Shown in pieces: positions 25,071 to 37,800 of a stretch of DNA of 64,000 nucleotides. The stretch is from Octopus sinensis (Eukaryota). Each line of letters starts with the position of its first letter. The stretch's first letter is position 1. The translations under genes and the position numbers were made by a program. Below the pieces are notes generated by a model, which searched no databases, was not told where the DNA came from, and saw only the letters and a list, made by a program, of their open reading frames with translations. Where the stretch lies: positions 21,638,001 to 21,702,000 of the forward strand of contig NC_043013.1 of the NCBI RefSeq assembly GCF_006345805.1, in the 5' to 3' direction.

Positions 25071-25624
25071 AGCTTTATGTTAACATCCACTGGACTGGTG
25101 TATGTATATATGAATCCGTTCAAAAACATACATGAAATTGCCAATAACCTGTGCGTTGAGCAAAAGTAATTTATGCCTTTTTTTTGTTTTGCTTCACGAG
25201 TTTACACCGTTGGGCCAAGTGTATAAATTTTAAAACCCAACCCTGTGTTATCTCCCTTCTTATTGATGCTAGAGTTATTTCCCTTGTGGAAGAATGTTAG
25301 CTTTTCGAAGGGACATAGCTGATCTCAATTGATGCTGTTCCCTATAGATTTGCATTGCTTTCATATTCTTGACTAAATATTTCTTAATAAAAACTTAGTC
25401 AATGTTTTTAAATAATAATTATTCAAAAAATAGTTGAAAAAAAAGAATAAAAAAACTGATACGTGTTCATATTCTGTTCAGTGTTTACTTAACTTAAATT
25501 ATCAATTTTAATTAAAGAAAAGTGTATTAAGCAGATGAGCCAGTGAAAGATAGGCAATTTTCACTCCTATTATATATATATATATACATACATATTATAA
25601 ATATACATATATATATTCAAAATG

Positions 25625-25815
25625 TGATCGCGTGTGTACCGTTGGCGATGTTTTTTCCTCCGTCTTCCCTTCCTTGGATCTTTCCTTTTCCTATGTTTCT
25701 GACGAAGAGCTCCGCTCGAAACGTTAAGCCCTCCTTTCTTTCCTTTTCTGAGCGTCCAATAATACTATTCTTGTTTCACGTCCTTGCGTTGCTGTGTTTT
25801 CATGCTTGGATTAAC
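25625..25815 (+). mobile_element. Penelope-like short repeat, ~190 bp, (TA)n-flanked
   Basis: Reverse complement of 45885-46080; contains a hammerhead fold. Confidence 0.7.
25695..25729 (+). ncRNA. Minimal type-I hammerhead ribozyme candidate with intact core
   Basis: gttt-CTGACGA-a-gagc-tcc-gctc-GAAAC-GTT-aagc; stem I gttt/aagc, stem II gagc/gctc, loop-less palindromic stem III (AACGTT). Confidence 0.65.
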
Positions 25816-26097
25816 TAAATATATATATATACACACAAGGGAACTGTTATTATGTATGTATATTAAAATATATATATATAATTCGAAACAATCTGTTGGT
25901 ATTTTAAGTTTTTTTTTTAGGTTGAATTGCAAATCCTTTCACTTCTCAACAGAAATCAGCCAAATGCAAGTCTTTTATTTGATATATTATTTAGATTATG
26001 GGTAAGAAGTGTTACAATTCGGTTTGTGGTATTTAGTTATGACCCCCAACGCTTTCAGATCTAATATTGTTCAGGTTAATTTTTTGTCTCTTTCTTT

Positions 26098-28427
26098 CAT
26101 CATCATCATCATCATCATCATCATTTAACGTCCGCTTTCCATGCTAGCATGGGTTGGACGGTTTAACCGGGGTCTGGGGAGCCCGAAGGCTGCACCAGTC
26201 CAGTCAGATCTGGCAGTGTTTCTACAGCTGGATGCCCTTCCTAACGCCAACCACTCCGAGAGTGTAGTGGGTGATTTTATGTGCCACCGACACAGGTGCC
26301 AGACGAGGCTGGCAAACGGCCACGCTCGGATGGTGTTTTTTATGTGCCACCGACACAGGTGCCAGACGAGGCTGGCAGACGGCCACGCTCGGATGGTGTT
26401 TTTATGTGCCACCGACACAGGTGCCAGATGAATCTGGCAAACGGCCACGATCGGATGGTGTTTGTTACGTGCCCACAGCACGGAGGCCAGTCGATGCGGT
26501 ACTGGCTACGGCCACGTTCGGATGGTTTTCTTGTGTGCCACGTGCCACCGGCACTGGTACCACAAAGATACAAATTCCATTGATGTTCATCTATTTTGAT
26601 TTGTTTTGATTTTCACTTGCCTCAACAGGTCTTCACAAGTGTCACAAGAAGGAAGGTAAGCACAGGTGGACTGACTACGTCCCAGGTAGGGGCCACGGGT
26701 TATGGCCTGACTAGACTTGCCGGGTCTTCGGATGGTGTTTTTATGTGCCACCGACACAGGTGCCAGATGAGGCTTGCCGGGTCTTCGGATGGTGTTTTTA
26801 TGTGCCACCGACACAGGTGCCAGATAAGGCTGGCGAACGGCCACGATCAGATGGTGTTTGTTACGTGCCCACAGCACGGAGGCCAGTCGGTGCGGTACTG
26901 GCTACGGCCACGTTCGGATGGTTTTCCTGTGTGCCACCGGCACTGGTACCACAAGGATACAAATTCCATTGATGTTCATCTATTTTGATTTGTTTTGATT
27001 TGATTTTGATTTTGATTTTCACTTGCCTCAACAGGCCTTCACAAGTATCACAGGGAGGAAGGTATGCACAGGTGGACTGACTACGTCCCAGGTAGGGGCC
27101 ATGGGTTATGGCCTGACTAGTCTTGCCGGGTCTTCGGATGGTGTTTTTATGTGCCACCGACACAGGTGCTAGATGAGGCTGGCGAACGGCCACGATCGGC
27201 TGGTGTTTGTTATGTGCCCACAGCACGATGGCCAGTCGATGCGGTACTGACTACGGCCACGTTCAGATGGATTTCTTGTGTGCCACCGGCACTGGTACCA
27301 CAAAGATACAAATTCCATTGATGTTCATCTATTTTGATTTGATTTGATTTTCACTTGCCTCAACAGGTCTTCACAAGTGTCACAAGAAGGAAGGTATGCA
27401 CAGGTGGACTGACTACGTCCCAGGTAGGGGCCACGGGTTATGGCCTGACTAGTCTTGCCGGGTCTTCGGATGGTGTTTTTATGTGCCACCGACACAGGTG
27501 CCAGATGAGGCCTGCCGGGTCTTCGGATGGTGTTTTTATGTGCCACCGACACAGGTGCCAGATGAGGCTGGCAAATGGCCACGATCGGATGGTGTTTGTT
27601 ACATGCCCACAGCACGGAGGCCAGTCGGTGCGGTACTGGCTACGGCCACATTCGGATGGTTTTCTTGTGTGCCACTGGCACTGGTACCACAAAGATACAA
27701 ATTCCATTGATGTTCATCTATTTTGATTTGTTTTGATTGATTTTCACTTGCCTCAGCAGGTCTTCACAAGTGTCACAAGAAGGAAGGTATGCACAGGTGG
27801 ATCGACTACATCCCAGGTAGGGGCCACGGGTTATGGCCTGACTAGTCCTGCCGGGTCCTCTCATGCACAGCACACTTCCATAGGACTCGGTCTTTAGTCA
27901 TTTCCTTGGTGAGACCTAAAGTTCGAAGGTCTTCACCACCTCGTCCCAGGTTTTCCTGGGTCTACCTCTTCCACAGGTTCCCTCAACTGCTAGGGTGTAG
28001 CACTTTTGCACGCAACTATCTTCAGCCATTCTCATCACATGACCATACCAGCGCAGCCGTCTCTCTTGCACACCACAACTGACGCTTCTTAGGTTCAACT
28101 TTTCTCTCAAAGTACTTACACTCTGACGATTATGAACACTGACATTACACATCCATCGGAGCATACTGGCTTCATTTCTTGCGAGCTTACGCATATCCTC
28201 AGCAGTCACGGCCCATGTTTCACTACCATGTAGCATGGCTGTACGTACACACGCATCATACAGTCTGCCTTTTACTCTTAGCGAGAGGCCTTTTGTCACC
28301 AGCAGGGGTAAGAGCTCTCTAAACTTTGCCCAGGCTATTCTTACTCTAGCAGTTACACTTTCAGCACACCCACCCCCGCGACTGACTTGGTCTCCTAGGT
28401 AGCGGAAGCTATCAACTACTTCTAGTT
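26098..28427 (-). mobile_element. 5'-truncated RTE LINE with fourfold tandemly amplified 3'UTR
   Basis: RT C-terminus (DSFRYLGD…KGLSLRVKGRLYDACVRTAMLHGSETW…WYGHVMRM); caaattccat marker at 26571, 26960, 27309 and 27698. Confidence 0.9.
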
Positions 28428-28702
28428 AGGTTGATAAAATAATACCCAAGTGTTCTATTGGTACTTGGGTAAATTTAATAATCTTATAAATCGTCCAAAA
28501 TGTGAATGGATTTCTAAGAGAAGACTAAAAAGGAAAAACGTTAGCAATAAAAATAAATTAACAAAAGAAATAACTGAATTAAATTGATTTTATTTATGAA
28601 GAAATACACATTTTATCTTATATAATTATTATTAGCAAACGTGATCCGTTGAAGACTTGCTCACATTTCATTGAGAAGTAAATAATTTTGGGGTGAATTC
28701 CA

Positions 28703-28899
28703 TTAGAGATCAACAAGTTTCTTTAGTAGGCACTTAGTGTTAGTATATGAAAAGGCGGTACATGTAGAAGATATTGTACATAAAAGCGAACAATCCAAGA
28801 CCGAGCGAGCATCCATTTGGACCTCGGTTATAAGGTTGTGATATGGATTTTGTTTGAAGGAAAAAGCTGAATAAGATGTCTGGCCATTAATTTCTTTTT
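28703..28899 (-). CDS. Triple PAN/apple-domain secreted protein, last exon (PAN3: …DCSLLCTISSTCTAFSYTNTKCLLKKLVDL*)
   Basis: Strong acceptor ttttttttctattgcag|, phase 1; C-x3-C-x5-C-x-AF-x6-C-x-L pattern; AATAAA at 28594-28589. Confidence 0.75.
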
Positions 28900-31775
28900 C
28901 TGCAATAGAAAAAAAAGCAAGAGAAGGCAAAAGAAATATAACAACATACATTAAATTATTGCTCTTCATTGGAAGGTACAAGGGAAATGAATGGATATGG
29001 ATTATTGATTCGATAGATCGACTTCATTAATGTTCCGTTTGGACATCTTTAGGGTAGTGAGAGTAGGGAGTGAGTTTCTAGGAAGGACTGGGATTAATAA
29101 TTGATGCGGGATGTGATCTGGTTGGTGTAATAGCATGTATGACGGGAGAAGGAGAAGGGGCATGTGGCTGGGTATCTCGGGGAGAGGAATTATAAATTTA
29201 CTGCTAATATATTTAACTAAGAATTAGGACTCTAAGTAGAAGAAATAATGCGATGAAGAAGAGAGCGACATTAATTTCTCTTATTTTTTCGACAAGAACT
29301 GGAGACAGAAGATCAATAAATTAAAGAAAAAGAAAAAAGCACACAAAAAAATAAGCAAAAATAGGTCTTACTGTTAATGAAATAATAAGAGTCGAAAACT
29401 CTTATACCACATCCTACAGAGTTAATCTTGTCCAGTGAATTTGACTGTTTGAATTCGTTCCAAAGTTCTGAAATGGAATAAAATAGTTTCTTATTCTTCT
29501 GATGGTCTTAATATCTTCCGTGATTTCTTTAATATTAATCAAGAAATCCTAATCTCCTTAATACGATCGACTTCCCTATTTATATATAAGACAATTTTAT
29601 ATAAGAAATCATTACTTCTTTAATATATGTTGAGTTTTATTTACTATCAGTTATTTCTAGTAATAACACAAAGCCTCAGATATGAAGGGACAGACGTTTA
29701 TAAAGATTCTAGCTACTTTCGAAATGTACTTCAAATATGTCTCTATATGTATAACGGTATAATTGTAACGGGAAAGGCGTAACAGGCACGATGTAGCAAG
29801 TTGTTTCTATCACATAGAGATGTGACAAGTTGGCGAAAGACTGTGCATTGCTTAGATAACATTTCTGGATGCATTACAAAGAACTGCTGAAAGGTATTTC
29901 ACACTTACTGTAGATTTTACTTACACGGTTCTGCAACTGCGATGAGTGGGAAGTAAACACAAAATTTAGTTAGTTTTGATGGATAATCTATTACAATGGT
30001 AGTTGTTAATAGTGAACCCTAACTTGAGGGGGGTAAATGGGGCAAAGCTCCCAAGAAGGTGCCATAGTTAACTGTTTGGAAGTTGCAGAGGAAAGAGAAC
30101 ATTTTTCTCTTGGTATCTCGAAATTATTGCAGTACTAAAGTCAAGTCAGACCATTGACAATAGAACGGAATGGGTCAACAAGATTACACTCTGTCTCATC
30201 TAAAATGGTGGCGAATTAAATAGGTAAAACGAATGGATTCTAAACACAAATGGCGAGAACAATATAAACAAGCGTGAAGACCGAGGTTTCGATTCTTGGT
30301 AAGGAGTCCGGTGTATATGTCTTACAAATATAATTAGTCCGCATTAGAGTAGGAAAAAATGATTTTTTTTTCTGGAACAGCTCAGAGAAGCGTGTAGAAT
30401 AGATCGGAATTAATTTTAATATGTTGTCTGCAATGCTAAAGCGGCGGACTGGCCGAATCGTTAGCACGCCGGACGAAATGCTTTTCGTATTGTCTATTTA
30501 CCTTTGTGAAGAGGTTCGTCAATCCTTCTAAAATACCAAAATCAATAATAATGATTACAATAATAACAACAACAAGAACAATAGTAATAATAATAGTAAT
30601 AATAATAATGATGATGATGATGATGATGATGATAATGATAATAATAATAATAATAAAGAGCGCTAGCCTTGACAGCGGCTGCACTGACCAGTCAGTAGCC
30701 GAAGACACACAAACACTAAGACAACCCGGCAGAACAACTGAAATATAACTTTTGGTAATTGGAACATCTACAATCTCCTGTGAGCCTTTTAAAATCTCCC
30801 CCACCACCCCTTAAGGCTAGAAACTTACACATCTTCAATTTTCTCTGGGTGAACACACAAACGGTCACCTTTAAAATCTTTAAAAAATGTTTAAAAATAT
30901 TTACAACTTCTGTGAATACTAACTCTCTCCTTTCTCCTTGAATATTCAAAAATATAAACACCCTTTTTATTGTAAGAACACTACAGTTTTCTCTGGCCGG
31001 ACATACAAACGGTCATCTTGAGAAAATTTAAAACTTTAATATCTACAATTTTCTATGAAAATTTTACCCTTCTTTTCACCCTGACTACTCAAATATGTAA
31101 ACGTACCTTTTATAGCCACAAATTAAACGCACGAAAAAAATTAAGGAGATAAGCACTTGCCAATATATACAAACTGCACAATTACGAAAACTATAAACCA
31201 CAGAAAAACCTACAGAAAGAAAAGGAAAATTCAAAAAAATCCGCGTCACTCCCAAGCTGCTCCTCTTTCTCCTACTATCGCCTCCATCCCTAACATATTT
31301 TTGATAATCTCAAGTACAAGACAAAAGTGGAAACTAAACAATATTTAATAATACCACACAGTAGTAGGAGCAAAGATGGCATCTCAAGACGGTTACAATA
31401 CCAGTGATTGTAGGAGCACTTGAACTGAAGATTTTTTAAGAATGATCCCTAGATTACCATCCATGCTGGAAATCAACAGATTGTATTAACCGACATGTCA
31501 CACGTATTGAGAAGAGCAGAGTTGCTGTGAATTTTCTTTCCTGTTTTTGTCCCTTATTTTCTTTGTTTACTTTTATGCTTTACATCTTTTCCTTATTCTA
31601 TCTGTTTTTCTTCTCCTTTTTTCCGTCACATAATTTTATAACCGAACAATCTGGTGTGACTATTTTACAGGCCTACAAATATATACAGTGCGAAATATAA
31701 TGTGTCTTCAATGGCAGAACAATGCAGAGTGGACTATCATAACTGTTATAAATTAATTACTCATAATCTGATATA

Positions 31776-31814
31776 ATAATATTTCGGAATATAAAAATTC
31801 CTTCTTCAGATATT
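31776..31814 (-). ncRNA. Second hammerhead-like motif (different repeat family; stem I weak)
   Basis: CTGAAGA-a-ggaat-ttttat-attcc-GAAAT-ATT with palindrome AATATT. Confidence 0.4.
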
Positions 31815-32174
31815 GGTAGGAATTGATCGAGTTACTGCTATCAACGGTTTTCCCCCAACGCTTACTGAATTTATTTTTCGGAAGCGTCTCTGCAGCGGTA
31901 TTACGAAGCCCCTGCTGGAATTCTTCATGAGAAGTGCGTGAGGACGGCCCTGTCTCGAGCTCGGGTGTGTTGGCATATCCGCAGCGCTGCTTCTTAGTTA
32001 TGTATTGTACGTGTAGTTTTTTTTATAATACCTGAGCATGTTACCAGAAATGAACTTACACACATCCAGATGTAGCTGAATTATATACTGGCTGAAAATA
32101 TGCAGCATGTTGTTAATTTGGGGTCCTAGTCTGTCTATGAGGAAGCTATCTTCATGGACACACTAGGGCCCTAG

Positions 32175-33285
32175 TATTTCAGACGACTGAGTTTGGTGTT
32201 GCGCTCAAAATTGACTGGATATAAGAAAATCCAAGCAGTTAATACGTGGGTGATAGCATCACTTCGGTATGGAGTGGGAATTATAAAATGGCAAAAGAGA
32301 GAAATGAAGAATACCAAGACCAGAAACATTTTGACAGTGCACAGAGATTTCCATACTAAGAGTGACACTTGTCCAGAAGAAAGGATGGGAGTGGCTTGAT
32401 CAGGTACTAGGACTGTATCGAAGCAGAAAAAACAGCCTAGGGTGGAATATACAAAATGTTGTGGAACCATTCTTGAAACACAGGAAGGATGGCATCATCG
32501 ACACTGAAAATTGTGTAACTAAAGAGAAATTTAAGCAAAAAATGAACGAAAAAAGAAAAAGCATCTAAGGTAAAGAAAATGTACGGTCAGTTTGCAAGAG
32601 ATGTGAACGCCAAGACAGGTACAGAGAGGACCGGTGGCTATGAATGAGGAGGAGTGACCTGAAGATAGAGACAGAAGCACTAATATGCCCCAAATTGACA
32701 CAACGCTTATACAAAAGATGCCATGACGATGTGGCACGAATAACCCATTAGGAATTCTGTGGAAATCAAGGCCTACAAAGAGCAAAGACGTTGAGCAAAC
32801 GCCTGAAGGAGTCATCGAAAAGGATTGCAAAATCCTGTCAGATGCAATGATCCAAGGAAATCACCTGACCAGATATCAGAAACCAGACATCGTTATGGTG
32901 AATTTTTATATGGAAGAACATGTATAATAATCGGAACAGCATGCCCGGGTGACAACAGGATCAAATTGAAGTGAGAAATACGAATTTTGTGGCCAATGAA
33001 GAGAGAAGAAGTGATAGCAATTATAATTGGTGCACTTGGAAATATCAACACTGAACTGCCAGCATGGCTGAAAAAGACTGCTGCAAGTGTGAATATAGAA
33101 CACCTACAAAAATCAGCATTGCTTGGGACTGCAAGAATTCTTCGCAGGGTTCTTGAAGCAAGGCCAATAAACAAGTGTCACCTTAGTCTGCTGGCTGTGG
33201 ACAGCTGACACTTTCCATCATACCAGCAAAATAAGCTGTGCGTTTTCTTATAGTAAAATAATATAGTATGAGTTTTCTAATAATG
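32175..33285 (+). mobile_element. Degenerate R4/Dong-like LINE 3' half (third family) with (AAC/AAT)n tail
   Basis: KIQAVNTWVIASLRYGVGIIKW; KPDIV-like motif; IIIGALG…LQKSALLGTARILRRVLE. Confidence 0.75.
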
Positions 33286-33469
33286 ACAACAACAACAACA
33301 AAAACAAAAACAACAACAATAATAATAACAATAATAATAATAATAATAATGATAAAAATAATAAAGAGAGCTTAGCCACGTCATAGAACGATTATCACCA
33401 TAAACAGAACACTTCCAGACGGGTTGTTCACAGATAACTGGAGTTGTCTGGAGACTTTATGGTCAAGGA

Positions 33470-33890
33470 ACAAGAGCTGTAAGTTTGCCTTAAATGTTCT
33501 ATTTTCCTAAGACTTTTGATTGTACATTCACATCCTCTGGGCAGCTGACCCCTACAACAATGCATGACATTTTCCCCCTGTACCAAAGAACAATATCAGG
33601 TCTGCTATATTTGCACCGAATTGACGTTTGTTTTTGCGGGGAGTTCCACCAGTATTCCTTGCTTTCAAAATGTCTGATTACTTGCTGGTTCTAACATGGC
33701 TTCGATGTATACGTCCGAGCAGTCCTTCCTATGGGTAGCATCGTAAATAGTCTTTGAAACTATATCATGCCTCAGGGGCAGGTAGAATCTCGTAGGCATT
33801 TTGTCACAACTACTGATGATGTGGGTGACATCTTCCACACTAGTATAGCTGAGCCAACATTTTCCATCACACCATGGAGGTTTGATGCTA
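33470..33890 (-). mobile_element. R4/Dong-like LINE fragment (same family as 4078-4750)
   Basis: SVEDVTHIISSCDKMPTRFYLPLRHD; NRPDIVLWYRG. Confidence 0.7.
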
Positions 33891-34306
33891 TCTTTGTCCC
33901 TTTTGTTCATCGAGTATTTAGTAGTTATCTGTACGTATGAGTGTGTGCGTGTATGTATGTATGCGTGCATCAATATATGTATGCAAGCAAGTATGTATGT
34001 ATCTACGTATGTATGTATGTATGCATCCGTGTATATATGTATGCAAGCATGTATGCATGTATGTATCCATCCATCTGTTTATCTATCTACCTATCGACCT
34101 GTCTATCTGTGAATCTAATTTGGTATTGAGTCCGTACCTTTATATGACATTGGACTTAACCAATCGATAGAGCCAAATAAATCAAAGTCCCAGCCTTAAT
34201 ATAACAGACTAACACATTTTTGAAGGTGGTGCCTTAGTCTTGTCCAACTGACTGTGTATAATTCCAACAAAATAAATAAATAAAAACAAGAAAATGACGC
34301 CCTTAC

Positions 34307-34537
34307 CTCTGTTTATTTTGGTGTAAGACCAACCCGTGTCAAAATACAACTCAACAGTTGTATGATCTTTAGTTGACAACTGGCACGATTTGGAATTAAA
34401 ATTATAGTCAAACGATTGGCAATTTGGTATTCCTTCGCAAACAAGCAGACACTGCGTGTAATTGAAGGCAAAAATGGCACCCAAATCAAAGTTATTAAGT
34501 AGACCAGTTCTGTAAATCAAATCAAAAGGACATCTTC
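34307..34537 (-). CDS. PAN protein exon 4 (PAN2: RCPFDLIYRTG…QCLLVCEGIPNCQSFDYNFNSKSCQLS…WSYTKINR)
   Basis: ttcttcttacag| and |gtaagg; 231 nt, phase 1-1, open; PAN cysteine pattern. Confidence 0.85.
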
Positions 34538-34791
34538 CTGTAAGAAGAAGAAAATAAATAAATCAATGTTGTCTTTTGTAGTTTTTCGTAATGGTGGTGG
34601 GACCATTTCACGGTGAATGGTTTTCTTATTTTTGAATAATGAAAAATAACTAATAGATATATTTTCTACTCTTTAATAGACATCAATATTATGATAATAT
34701 TGTGGTGCTAAAAGAGAGGATAATAATAATAATAATAATGATGATGATGATGATAATGATGGTGATGATGATGATGATGATGATGATAATA

Positions 34792-34832
<41 letters not shown>

Positions 34833-34836
34833 TAAT

Positions 34837-37800
34837 AGATTACACCGGGGACGTAAGATTACACCGGGGACGTTAAACATATGAGAACGATAAAACAGTG
34901 CTCCGAAATCTATCCACAAACATCGGAAACAAAGACATCGCATGGAGCTAAAAAATAACTGACAAAGGATTGGACTATATCCGAGTAAGTAATACTCATT
35001 GAAATTTATTACTATTTTCGAAACGAAATGATGTATTTTAACTCGATATCATCTCTACCTTTAACACAACACATGTAAACATGCGTTGTACATTACGATC
35101 CATCAACACCAGATCATCCCCGACCCCAAACACCATGTACAAAAACACTACGAATAAATTAAATAATACCGGTATTATTCAACCCAAGAATAACAATCGG
35201 GAAGTACGTACTGTAAACTTACAACATAAAATGTATGAAAAACTACACGTGCAAAACAACGTGACAACAGAAATGAACGGACCGGTACCCTACGAAAATG
35301 ACGACCGTCAAAATAATGGGCCGGACGTTGTTCCTCATGTCCCGCAAATAAAACCCAAAAGACATAAATGGACACGTAAGGAATACATTTCTATACTACA
35401 CGCTTACTTTACAGCAGTGCTCTACCCAAAGAATGAAAATACAACAACACATACATATAAAATATGGAAGAAAAATAACATAAATAAAGACCTGGATACA
35501 ACAATGAACCCTAATAAACTAGCAAATATACGGAGGTATATTCTCAGCGCCAAAAAAAATATCAGAAATAGAAATAGAACATTTAAAAGAAAAAATACAC
35601 CAGGAAAATGTAGATAGAAGCCACACAACAATGCCAAATAATATATACACTGAAACAGTAAAACACGAAGACAAACGTATCATTTCCAACAAAAACGATG
35701 TAAACAAAAAACAACAAACTCAGACCGTAAGGATACATAATAATACACGACAAACAGCAAGCCAAAACACGACAAACAAACATACGGATAAGATAGAAAG
35801 CGACACAAATCTAAAACCTGGAAACAACGAAGTGGAGCCTAATGATTATGAAACTATAAAAAGTAGAATAATCAAAGAACTGAAAACCACAGAGCTCAAA
35901 ATGGACCACCGACCATACCTCCCAAAAATCAAAATAGACAAAGCAACAACATCAATTATAAACAACATAAACCTAGCCGTCACGGAACTAATAGCCACTG
36001 AAACAAAAAGCGATATCACTAAGCTAAATGACTTAATATACGCAGCAGCCACTGCAGCCACAAAAGAAGCTGGATACTCACTCAAACCCATCCAAACAGG
36101 AGCACCACCACCCAAACAAACCCTGTGGATAAATAACATCCAAAACAAAATACAAAAAATGAGAAAAGATCTGTCGATTCTTAATGAAATCAGTAGACAA
36201 TCAACGCTACTGAGCAACAAAAATAAAACAAAAATACTCCACAAATACAACATCACAGAAAAAGATTTACCTGAGATAAAAGGAAAGCTAAAGCAAGATA
36301 TCCTTGCCAAAGCCCAAAGGATCCGCCGGTACGAGAAACGCCAATGTTTCTTTGAACAAAACAAACAGTTCAACTCCAACCCCAAAAAGTTCTACCAAGA
36401 ACTTGGCAAAAATAAAATAGAAATCACTGCAGCACCAATGGCAGAAGAAGTGGAAGAATTCTGGTGAGAAATATGGTCGGCGAACGAACAACCAAAAAAA
36501 AAAAAGGAGTATTAAAACAACAAACTCAGCATCTGAGCAACTTTGGACCCCCATAACAACTGAAGAGGTCACCCAGGCACTGCAAAGACTAAGCAACTGG
36601 AAGGCACCTGGGCATGACAAGATCCCCAACTTCTGGTTGAAATATCTAACAGGAACGCACAAAAAGCTGGCTGAAAATTTTAACAACATACTGGCAGAGC
36701 CAGAGACAATGCCTGAATGGCTCACGAAGGGGAAAACCATCTTAATTCCCAAATCAAATGAAACAGCAAAACCAGAAAACTACCTACAATGTACAAAGCA
36801 TTTACTGCAGTAATATCGCAAAGATTGAACAAGCACCTGGACGAAAACAACCTGTTTCCAGAAGAACAGAAAGGATGCTGCAAAGGCTCATATGGCTGTA
36901 AAGATCAACTAATGATCAATAAAGCCATAAATGAAGACAGCAACAGAAAGAAGAAAGGCCTCAGTATGGCCTGGATCGACTACAAAAAGGCGTTTGATAG
37001 CATCCCCTACACATGGATTCTCGAAACACTAGCCATGAACAAAGTTGCACCAACAATTATAAAGTACATAGGACAATCTATGAATAAATGGCAAACAGTG
37101 CTACAGCTCCAAACAAAAGAGGGACTTGTGAAAACCAAAGCCATCCCAATTAGAAGAGGAATATTCCAGGGAGATACGCTCTCTCCACTCCTTTTCTGCT
37201 TGGCACTGTCACCTCCATCGTATATGCTAAACAGAACTGGATGCGGATATAAATGTTACGGCAAAAAGATCAGCCACCTTTTATATATGGATGACCTAAA
37301 ACTATACGCTACAAATGACAAACAGCTGGAAACACTACTAAAGACAGTTCATGGATTTACCAAGGAAATAGAAATGAAATTTGGATTAGAGAAATGCACC
37401 AAAGTAACCCTGAAAAGAGGAAAATTAATTAAGAGTAGCAACATCACGCTAGATAAAACCAATGAAATAAAAGAATTAGACCAAAGACAAACTTACAAAT
37501 ACTTAGGAATCCATGAACTAGATAAGACACAACACACACAAATGAAAGAGAAAATAAAAAAGAATATTATAGACGAGTTAGATCAATACTAAAAACAGAG
37601 CTCAATGCAAAAACAAGATAATAGGAATCAACACTTTAGCCGTCCCAGTTATAAGTTACAGCTACAATATCCTTAACTGGACAAATGAACTGACCAAAAT
37701 AGATAGGAAAACAAGAAAAATAATGACAGGATCTAGGATGCATTACCCAAAATCTGACATAGAAAGGCTATATATACAACGTATAGATGGTGGTAGAGGC

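Noticed and set aside
26270-27860. Regular 62-bp and ~370-bp repeats as a CRISPR-like array
   Set aside because: No unique spacers; eukaryotic LINE 3'UTR tandem repeats
28900-28981. Apparent signal peptide (MYLPMKSNNLMYVVIFLLPSLAFFSIA) on the PAN3 ORF
   Set aside because: The hydrophobic stretch coincides with the polypyrimidine tract of a strong phase-1 acceptor, so it is better read as intron
29408-29467. Possible 60-nt phase 1-1 exon (LWNEFKQSNSLDKINSVGC)
   Set aside because: Plausible splice sites but no domain similarity; could be chance
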